Positions 56,698 through 64,000 of a stretch of 64,000 bases of DNA are shown piece after piece. This DNA is from Patescibacteria group bacterium. GTDB lineage: Bacteria; Patescibacteriota; Patescibacteriia; Patescibacteriales; JAQTRU01. The translations under genes were made by a program, and so were the position numbers. The notes below the pieces were generated by a model, which was given only the letters and a program-made list of their open reading frames with translations, was not told the origin of the DNA and made no database searches. How positions within the stretch are numbered: the first letter of the stretch is position 1; every line of letters starts with the position of its first letter. Location: assembly GCA_028716725.1 (NCBI GenBank), contig JAQUPG010000002.1:25824-89823 (forward strand), in the 5' to 3' direction.

Positions 56698-58161
56698 CTA
56701 GGCGAACGGCAAATTAGCCGGAGGGGAAATATCTTTATTAGGATTATTACCGTTTCCGGCCGCAACCCCGCCCCGCAATTCCTTCCGGCCGTTTTTATTG
56801 TTTGCCTCCTCTCTTATAAATTCCGGCTCAAGCATAGCTTCGCTTACTATTTCCTCGCCGATCGGCAGCTGCATAGGCGGGCCGCCTTTTCTGCCCGGCG
56901 CTTTTTGGATCATCGGCGCTTTAACCACGAACTCTATCGGGAAATGCCAAAGGGTCGCCAGTTCTTCTATGGTCATTATGCCCATATTTCTTCCCCGGGT
57001 GGTGCTGCGGCCTTTATAAGCCCGCATAATTTTATTTTTTCTTATCTTAACGCGGTAATCTGTAAAAAAATAATCTGCCGAAGTCGCCGTTATGTCCATG
57101 TCCGGTTTTAAATTATTCAGGTCTAAATCCATAAATTGCTTCATGTAGCCGACAAACCCTTCTCTGACTTTTGGTTTGTTCATTATCTCTTTTTTGGCGA
57201 CATAAATAAACCGGGATTTAAATTGAAAGCCTAATTGGCTGGACTTATTCTGAATAGCCTCAACCTTCTTTTTTTCTTTCGGCTTTAAATTCATCATCTT
57301 CAAAGCGTCGTCTTTTTCATCCTTTTCCTCGATATCCCCCCAAAGCTTATAAACAGCCTCACTGAATCTTTCTATCCAACCCAATATATTATCTATCACC
57401 CTATTCGAAAAAGTAGCTGGCAATTTTTCCTTTAAAATTCTTTTTACTTCCTTTTCCCCTTCTTCCGGCCAATCAAACCCCATTGGCTTAATCAGTATCT
57501 GAAACCAAAACTGTTCGCCTTTTTTTAAGCTGCTGCATAAATCCATCAAAGTCGCCATAGTATCTTTGTATTGGGCTTCTGGCGGACCCATCTGGTGCTC
57601 AAATTCTTTATAAGTCTTAATCGGGTAGACGGGACTTTTAGCCTGGATAAATTCGCATCCCCAGATATCATAAACTTCATCCGGATATTTATCCGGTATG
57701 CCTTCGGTATAATCATCAACTTCGGTAATCTCCGCGTCCGGGTATTGGGAATAAACCGCGGCTTCAACCATATCCCGGAATTTCACGTGCGGGCGGATTA
57801 AAAACTGGGTGTAACCTTCAATGCTGACGATCTCAAAACTGAAAGGTATTTGAAATTGCCCCTCCCAATATTTTTCTATCAGGGTATGGGTTTTGTGGGC
57901 CCCGCCGATATAAGTAAATAAATTTTCTACCGCTTTAATTGTCTGCTCATTGCTGCGCGGAATATCAACGGCCAAAAGAACATACTTATTTGTCTTATCC
58001 CACTGGGTCTTTATATAAAAAAGCCAAGATTCCTTCGCCCCCCAAAGGAAAGCGATAGAAATCGGCAGCCAGCCGAACAATAAAAAAGTCCGCCACATCA
58101 GTAAATCCGGCCTGGTATTAAAAAAATTATAAATAGACGAAAAGTCAATAACTATATCCAT
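56698..58161 (-). CDS. hypothetical membrane protein (two N-terminal TMs, ~400-aa cytoplasmic or extracytoplasmic domain)
   Basis: 487 aa. No recognised motif. Confidence 0.45.
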   Translation of the reverse strand: MDIVIDFSSIYNFFNTRPDLLMWRTFLLFGWLPISIAFLWGAKESWLFYIKTQWDKTNKYVLLAVDIPRSNEQTIKAVENLFTYIGGAHKTHTLIEKYWEGQFQIPFSFEIVSIEGYTQFLIRPHVKFRDMVEAAVYSQYPDAEITEVDDYTEGIPDKYPDEVYDIWGCEFIQAKSPVYPIKTYKEFEHQMGPPEAQYKDTMATLMDLCSSLKKGEQFWFQILIKPMGFDWPEEGEKEVKRILKEKLPATFSNRVIDNILGWIERFSEAVYKLWGDIEEKDEKDDALKMMNLKPKEKKKVEAIQNKSSQLGFQFKSRFIYVAKKEIMNKPKVREGFVGYMKQFMDLDLNNLKPDMDITATSADYFFTDYRVKIRKNKIMRAYKGRSTTRGRNMGIMTIEELATLWHFPIEFVVKAPMIQKAPGRKGGPPMQLPIGEEIVSEAMLEPEFIREEANNKNGRKELRGGVAAGNGNNPNKDISPPANLPFA

Positions 58162-58280
58162 CTTTGTTTTTTACATTTACTATCAACTATCCTTATTTTA
58201 ACACATTTTCCTGTTTTTAGACAAATAAAAACCGCCCCCTTGGCGAGGGAACGGTTTTTCTTATGTAGATCCTATAAATT

Positions 58281-59516
58281 TTATTGTCCGGCAACAGCCG
58301 TCTTTAAACTTTCTATTAACTGATATTTATTCCCGGCCTTCTCAAACATTTCCCTGTTCATTAAAGCTAAAACTATGGTTGTCTTTTTTACCAGGCGCTT
58401 TTCTAAAACCTTGTCAATAATCTCGTCGCGGGTCAGGGGCTTGCCGGCTTCAATTAAAACATCTTTTATGACTTCAGCCACCGTGCCTTCTTTATACCCC
58501 CATTCCTTCAAGCCATAAAGACCCCGGCCGACTAAAACATATTTGTCGTCAAGAATCAGTTCGTTGTGGACCGTGGCGGCATTGGCCTTTTTGCTGTCAA
58601 AGCCGGTCTGATTGATGTGGTCGGCAATCTCGGCAAAATGCATCGGCTTGCCATGATTTTTTAAGACCAGATATATTTTATCGTTTATTGTCTTCGGCTT
58701 TATTTCCCGCCAGTCATAAATTCCCCAATGCCCGAATTTATTCTGCTCCACCTTCCTTAAGGCCCGCAGAAGAGAATATAAAACTTTATTATTGTTTATA
58801 ATATCCATTTTTTCCTCAACCGGGCTATTGCCTAAAATTCTGGAAATATCAAGGCTATAAGGAATATTGAACTTCTCCCGATTCTTATCATAGCTTTCCA
58901 GTTTAGTAAAAAGCTCTATCAATTCTTCTGTTTTAAATATTTTCTTTAAACTTTCTATTTTTCCGATCAATTCACGGGATAATTCTTCAAGATGGTCAAG
59001 GGTCTGGTACCTTAATTTATAAAAATCCAAAAATAGCTCGGAGTCGCTTACTTCCTCAAACTCTTCCGGCAATAATTTCGAAATAAGAAAGTCAAGGTGG
59101 CTTTTATGGATCAGCTCTTCGTCTTTTTCCCGGCCATCGCCGTTTAAAGAAAACTTAGCTAAAGCATTAAGCAGATACTGCCTTTCCATAAGGCCGCCGT
59201 GTTCTTCCAAAAGCTGCGAAGTTACTTTCTTTAAAATATCAACATAACTTTCCAATTTTTCCAGCTGGCGCAGTTTTTTTATGCCGGAAACTTCAATTTG
59301 CCTTATTCTTTCCCTGGTTAATTTATGGGCCTGACCCACCTTTTCTAAGGTTTCTTTGCCAAGGCCATGCAAACCAAAACGACGGGTAAGAACGTCTTTC
59401 TCCCTATCCGCTAGTTCACTAAGCAAATTATTTACGATTTCCACCGCATTTAATTTTGCTATTTCTTCGGCTTTCTGATTGTTTATGATTTTGTCGAGTA
59501 TTGAGATATTTTCCAT
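58281..59516 (-). CDS. protein with an N-terminal sigma-70 region-4 HTH followed by a ~320-aa uncharacterised C-terminal domain
   Basis: DVLTRRFGLHGLGKETLEKVGQAHKLTRERIRQIEVSGIKKLRQ is a textbook sigma-70 region 4.2. Nothing upstream resembles regions 2 or 3. Confidence 0.5.
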   Translation of the reverse strand: MENISILDKIINNQKAEEIAKLNAVEIVNNLLSELADREKDVLTRRFGLHGLGKETLEKVGQAHKLTRERIRQIEVSGIKKLRQLEKLESYVDILKKVTSQLLEEHGGLMERQYLLNALAKFSLNGDGREKDEELIHKSHLDFLISKLLPEEFEEVSDSELFLDFYKLRYQTLDHLEELSRELIGKIESLKKIFKTEELIELFTKLESYDKNREKFNIPYSLDISRILGNSPVEEKMDIINNNKVLYSLLRALRKVEQNKFGHWGIYDWREIKPKTINDKIYLVLKNHGKPMHFAEIADHINQTGFDSKKANAATVHNELILDDKYVLVGRGLYGLKEWGYKEGTVAEVIKDVLIEAGKPLTRDEIIDKVLEKRLVKKTTIVLALMNREMFEKAGNKYQLIESLKTAVAGQ

Positions 59517-59725
59517 AAATTTCTAAAAGCAAGGGGTATTTAAAATAAAAAAATTATTTATAATTTTAGCTAATATTAGTTAAAATATAATAATAAATTA
59601 AAATATTTTGTCTACTATGTTGGTAATATAGCATAAATTTTTATATGTGTCAATAGCTATAAAAAATAATAAAACAGGGCCATCCGCCCCGCTCTTTTTA
59701 CATTCACCTCCTAAAAGCTAATACC

Positions 59726-60664
59726 TCAAAATCCCAAATACTGCACTTCTTCCTGCAATTGGATATTAAATCTGTTTCTGACTTGTTGCTTTATATAGCT
59801 AATAAGCATAATAATATCCTCGGCCGTGGCCTGGCTGGTATTAACGATAAAATTAGCATGCTCCAGGCTTACTTTCGCTCCCCCGATTTTCTTGCCCTTT
59901 AGCCCGGCCAATTCTATCAGCCAGCCAGCCCCAACTTTGCCGTCTTTAATCACGCCGGCTTGGTTCGCTAAATCCGCGATATTCGCATTGTTCTCCTTTA
60001 AATAATCAATTGGCAAATTCTTAAAAACCGATCCGGCACTGGGCAGTTTCGGCTGGCGGTTTTGCCTGGATTCTAAAAACTTATTGACCGCGGATTCAAT
60101 TTCTTTTTTATTTCCTTTTGCCAATTTTAAAACAGCGTTCCAAATTAAATAATTATTATCTTTTTTAAAAACACTTTCCCGATAATCAAAGCAACAGTCT
60201 TTATGGCTGAACAATTCAAATTTTCCTTTTTTTATATTAAAAACTTCAATCGTTTCCACTATATCATTCATAGATGAGCCAAAAGCTCCGGCGTTTCCCC
60301 TAACCGCTCCCCCGATTGTTGCTCTCGGAATGCCGGCCGCCCATTCCAGGCCGGATAAATTATCGCCCATGGCCAGGCGCACGGCCCGGGCTAAAACCGC
60401 TCCGGCTTGTGTCTCCATTCTCTCCCCATGGATTTTAATATTGTCATTGGCCATTCTTACCACTAAACCATCTACGCCTTTGTCATTAATTATAATATTG
60501 CTACCCCCGCCAAGAATATAAAATTTCTCTTTATTTTCTTTAGCCCATTTTATCGCTTCCGATAAATCATCTTTCTCTTTTACTTCAATAAAAAACTTAG
60601 CCGGACCGCCAATCCGGAAAGTCGTAAATTGGGCTAAAGGTATGTTTTCTTGAATTTTATCCAT
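59726..60664 (-). CDS. murB: UDP-N-acetylenolpyruvoylglucosamine reductase
   Basis: FTTFRIGGPA FAD-binding N-terminus and the GGGSN motif. Start placed at MDKIQEN (track start 60736 adds a hydrophobic extension). Confidence 0.8.
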   Translation of the reverse strand: MDKIQENIPLAQFTTFRIGGPAKFFIEVKEKDDLSEAIKWAKENKEKFYILGGGSNIIINDKGVDGLVVRMANDNIKIHGERMETQAGAVLARAVRLAMGDNLSGLEWAAGIPRATIGGAVRGNAGAFGSSMNDIVETIEVFNIKKGKFELFSHKDCCFDYRESVFKKDNNYLIWNAVLKLAKGNKKEIESAVNKFLESRQNRQPKLPSAGSVFKNLPIDYLKENNANIADLANQAGVIKDGKVGAGWLIELAGLKGKKIGGAKVSLEHANFIVNTSQATAEDIIMLISYIKQQVRNRFNIQLQEEVQYLGF

Positions 60665-60830
60665 ATATCCCGAGAATCTTAAGAATCCTAAGAATCCAAA
60701 AGATCCTACTATAAATTTTACCAAAAAAACAGGCAAAAATCCAGCCTTGACTTCCTTATTGATTAATGCTTAAATAAATTAATTTACAATAAAATATCGT
60801 AAACGCACATTTCAATCAAGGAGCGGTTCA

Positions 60831-61448
60831 ATGAAAAGGTATTTCCTTTTCTTCGTTTTAGCGCTTTTCATCCTGTCTTCACATACTGAAGCCCAATGGT
60901 TTAAATTTTCCAACGCCAAGATTTCATACGGCCAAAGCCCATTTTTCTCAAGTTTCAATGCCGAAGGAACTTTTGAAAAACAGGGGCGCAAGCTTGTGGG
61001 CGCAGTTAATGAGACAAGGGGTTATACTAAATACGGTATTGTTTTTCCGCATATAACTCTGTTTGCAAGCGGTGGCATTCAAAATAAGGCTCCATGGCTT
61101 GGCCCGGAAGCGGACTTTAGTTTCTGGAAATTTTCTACTCTCCACTGGACGGGTTGGATGTTCGGATACCTTGACGAGGAAAGTAAAAAATATTTGCCAA
61201 GGTGGCAAAATCCGCATTATTTTTTCGCCCTGAATGCCATATATCTTTCGCAGGAGTTCTTAAAAGGGAAAATAACCATAAGCCATACCGTTTTCCATAA
61301 GCCGAACCAAAAACCGGATCACATGCCCGGTATTTCTCTCCAGCTTCCGTTCGGAGAAAATGGAAATTTCTCGTGGTCTATAGGCGGAGATTACAGCCTA
61401 TTGCACCAGTCGCCACTATTCAATATGAGTTTAAAGTACATCCCTTAG
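60831..61448 (+). CDS. hypothetical secreted protein with signal peptide
   Basis: MKRYFLFFVLALFILSSHTEAQ leader. Aromatic-rich beta-like body. Confidence 0.5.
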   Translation: MKRYFLFFVLALFILSSHTEAQWFKFSNAKISYGQSPFFSSFNAEGTFEKQGRKLVGAVNETRGYTKYGIVFPHITLFASGGIQNKAPWLGPEADFSFWKFSTLHWTGWMFGYLDEESKKYLPRWQNPHYFFALNAIYLSQEFLKGKITISHTVFHKPNQKPDHMPGISLQLPFGENGNFSWSIGGDYSLLHQSPLFNMSLKYIP

Positions 61449-61470
61449 CAGAAGACTTGCCTACGCTCCC

Positions 61471-61505
61471 ATCAAAAACGCCCGGTTACCCGAGCGTTTT
61501 TTATT
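61471..61505 (+). terminator. hairpin plus T-run terminator (aaaacgcccggttacccgagcgtttttt). A near-copy lies at 62250..62282.
   Basis: Read directly. Confidence 0.5.
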
Positions 61506-61531
61506 TTCTATTTTAAATCGTCTCAAAATGG

Positions 61532-62053
61532 TTATTTTATTTTATCAAGATCATCAACTTTTAAACCCATTTCTTCGAGAACAATATCACGGAAATAAAT
61601 TGATCCGGCCAACATAACTTCAGCTAAAGTAATACCTTTACTAAAAGCATAATTTTTCAATCTGTTGGCTTCTTGCTCTGATAACCCAAGTTTTTCAATC
61701 GTAAAAGTATTTTTGGTTGTTTCCTGGACATCATAAGCGGTTTGCGGTTTTGACTCCTTGATTTTTTTTATTAGAGATTCTTTTTGGGCTTTTAATATCT
61801 CTAAAATTCCGCTATTTTGCAGAACTTCTTGACCGAGCGGGGTTAATTTAATCGGCGATTGCCCTATAGCAACACCAAAGAGTTTGCCTTCAATTTTGCA
61901 AATTCTTTTATCTATATCGGATAATTTATCATTTGCCTTATCCCAACAGTCCTTTAAATCGTCAAGAATCTGAAATTTTCTGCCTATACAAAGCAACCCG
62001 ATAATAATAGATGGGATACCAATGCCTAAAATAATTTTTAAAGCTAAATCCAT
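61532..62053 (-). CDS. hypothetical protein with N-terminal TM helix
   Basis: 173-aa ORF. Confidence 0.4.
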   Translation of the reverse strand: MDLALKIILGIGIPSIIIGLLCIGRKFQILDDLKDCWDKANDKLSDIDKRICKIEGKLFGVAIGQSPIKLTPLGQEVLQNSGILEILKAQKESLIKKIKESKPQTAYDVQETTKNTFTIEKLGLSEQEANRLKNYAFSKGITLAEVMLAGSIYFRDIVLEEMGLKVDDLDKIK

Positions 62054-62340
62054 ATTGTATTATAAAATCTATATATTTTTTATAACAAAAAATTAACAAC
62101 CATTGTGATAGCGTTTGCTAGCCCGTTACACATAAAATTTATGTTTAATTTTGAGTCCCTTTATACTTATCCACATTATACCATAAACAGCAAACGTTAT
62201 CCAAATATAGCACCCGGGAAGATTATGTCAATACCCCTTGACTTAGCCTAAAAGCCCGGTTCACACCCGAGCGTTTTTTTTATTAAAGATATGAGAAAAT
62301 CCCCCCCCTAGTCCCCCTTTTCGAAAGGGGGCAATGTTAT
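62054..62340. other. 290-nt non-coding region with a perfect DnaA-box-like 9-mer (TTATCCACA, 62167..62175), a second box with one mismatch (TTATCCAAA) and a ~100-nt long-range hairpin (gatagcgtttgct/agcaaacgttatc)
   Basis: Read directly. Confidence 0.3.
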
Positions 62341-62367
62341 GCGTTCCACGTTATGCGATATGCGACG

Positions 62368-64000
62368 TCAATCCACCTCTCCCATTCTCTGCAGTTTTAA
62401 CAATTCGGCATACAAGCCGCCTTTTCTGTTGGCCAGTTCAAAGTGGCTGCCTTCTTCGGATACTTTTCCGTCTTCCAAAACAATAATTTTATCCGCTTTT
62501 TTAATCGTGCTTAAGCGGTGGGCAATAATTATTACCGTCCTGTCCCGTTTGATTTTTTCCATTGCTTCCTGAATTAATTTTTCGCTTTTGCTGTCTAAGT
62601 TGGAGGTCGCTTCGTCAAAAATTAAAATCCGCGGATTGGCCAAAACCGCCCGGGCAATGCCGATTCTCTGCTTCTGCCCGCCGGAGAGTTTAATCCCCCG
62701 TTCCCCGACCAGAGTTTCATATTTACCCGCTAACTGACCAATAAACTCATCGGCATTGGCAATTTTAGCCGCAGCTTTAATTTCCGCCAAACCGACGCGC
62801 GGGTTGGCATAAGAAATATTGTCGCGCACGCTCGTATTAAAAACTTCCACTTCCTGCGGCACAATGGCAATAAATTTTCTGAATTCATATAAATCATAAT
62901 CCTTTAAATTTTTGCCATCCAAAAATACGGTTCCGCTTTGCGGGTCATAATGCCGGTAAATCAGGCGCACGACCGTAGTTTTGCCCCCGCCGGACGGGCC
63001 GACCAGAGCCGTAGTGCAGCCGGAATTTATTTTTAGATTTACTTTGTCAAGCGCCTTGGTATGGCTGCCTTCATAAATAAAATTTACATTATTGAACTTA
63101 ACCTCCCCCTTTAAATCTTTAACTTTAAGGCCATTTACCGGATTAATAATATCAAGTTTTTGATTGGCCAGTTTATAGAGGCGGTTGATCGCTTCGCTTG
63201 AATCCATGATCCGGTCATAAAGCCGGGAAATTCTGAATAACGAAATCAGGGCCTTTTCTGAAATCGTAATTATGAAGACTAAACTGCCGATAGTGATGCC
63301 GCCGCTCCAAACCAGATAAACGCCAAAAAGTATTATTAAAACCCGGCCGACAGTTATAACCGTACTGCGGGAATAATTATAGCTGAGCATCTTAAAAAAT
63401 TCGAACAGCGCGACTTTTTTACTCTTGTCTTTTATCTTTTTAAACTCATCTACCTCCCTGTCTTCCTGAACAAATGACTTTACGGTATTGATATTTATTA
63501 TTGTCTGAGTCATTTTGCCGGCGGCTTCTTCATATAAATCATGGCGCAACCGGCGCAGCGGAGAAATCTTTTTATTTAATTTCGCGGTCAGATAAATAAA
63601 AACCGGAGTAAAGAGGGAAAAAATTAAGCCGAAACGCCAGTCAACCAAGAATAAGATGACTCCGGTCATGACTACCTGGATAATCGTCGGCCCGACTTCC
63701 CAGAAAAAATTTCCGATCAAATCGGTTATCTTATCAATGCCCCGATGAATCTTAAAAATTTTATTGCCGGTATTTTCTTTTTCATGGTAGCTTAATCCCA
63801 ACTCCACCATTTTTTTCTGGGCGTTAATCGACAAATACCTTTCCACGCCGACAATAATTCTAAATATTTTTTTATCGGCAAAATAATCGATTAAATTGAC
63901 TAATAAATCAGAAATTAATATTAAAATAATCAAGATTATTATATCTTTTATGTACTCAACTTTAAAATCGGTAATTAAATCAATAATCCGTTTTAGCAGG
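62368..64000 (-). CDS. ABC transporter, fused permease plus ATP-binding protein (exporter type); N-terminus lies beyond the window end
   Basis: Walker A GPSGGGKTT, ABC signature LSGGQKQRIGIARA, Walker B ILIFDEATS, H-loop. The frame stays open upstream of the track's TTG start through position 64000. Confidence 0.85.
   Translation of the reverse strand, partial: LLKRIIDLITDFKVEYIKDIIILIILILISDLLVNLIDYFADKKIFRIIVGVERYLSINAQKKMVELGLSYHEKENTGNKIFKIHRGIDKITDLIGNFFWEVGPTIIQVVMTGVILFLVDWRFGLIFSLFTPVFIYLTAKLNKKISPLRRLRHDLYEEAAGKMTQTIININTVKSFVQEDREVDEFKKIKDKSKKVALFEFFKMLSYNYSRSTVITVGRVLIILFGVYLVWSGGITIGSLVFIITISEKALISLFRISRLYDRIMDSSEAINRLYKLANQKLDIINPVNGLKVKDLKGEVKFNNVNFIYEGSHTKALDKVNLKINSGCTTALVGPSGGGKTTVVRLIYRHYDPQSGTVFLDGKNLKDYDLYEFRKFIAIVPQEVEVFNTSVRDNISYANPRVGLAEIKAAAKIANADEFIGQLAGKYETLVGERGIKLSGGQKQRIGIARAVLANPRILIFDEATSNLDSKSEKLIQEAMEKIKRDRTVIIIAHRLSTIKKADKIIVLEDGKVSEEGSHFELANRKGGLYAELLKLQRMGEVD

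Noticed and set aside
1-64000. CRISPR arrays, transposases, integrases, restriction-modification or other canonical defence genes
   Set aside because: The tandem repeats present (7-mers, AT-rich iterations) are too short and lack regular spacer structure. The GC palindromes are dispersed, not arrayed. No ORF shows transposase, recombinase or nuclease/ATPase defence motifs.

Overview
This 64 kb window comes from a low-GC (~40%) bacterial chromosome with strong gene-strand bias: almost everything is on the minus strand. Reduced metabolism, many GT4 glycosyltransferases, a WbaP-type sugar-phosphate transferase, two large O-antigen-ligase/TPR membrane proteins and an [FeFe]-hydrogenase operon suggest a Patescibacteria/CPR-like or similarly streamlined anaerobe. 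I could assign the housekeeping genes mscL, cyclophilin PPIase, cca, hydA/hydB, gap, ricT (PSP1), tsf, rpsB, lepB, mnmA, tgt, parA/parB, thrS, dnaE, uppP, htrA, murB and a partial ABC exporter. The stable RNAs are tRNA-Ala(CGC), tRNA-Leu(CAA) and an RNase P RNA (rnpB) that fills an otherwise unexplained ~600 nt gap. Three short plus-strand blocks have visibly higher GC and different codon usage. They are purB/purE-like/purC directly downstream of tRNA-Leu, a lone lysC, and a hypothetical protein plus an alpha/beta hydrolase beside rnpB; I read them as probable horizontally acquired islets. The most unusual feature is a dispersed family of short GC-rich palindromic repeats, several subfamilies with near-identical copies. 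They lie in intergenic regions and also in frame inside coding sequences (hydA, the mnmA 5' end, a 481-aa membrane protein), like Rickettsia palindromic elements. Other oddities are a heptanucleotide tandem repeat inside cca, a frame-split secreted Cys-rich protein, a sigma-70 region-4 domain at the N-terminus of a 411-aa protein, and a promoter-driven GC-rich structured element that shares its first 11 nt with the downstream tRNA-Leu. I found no CRISPR array, transposase or integrase.
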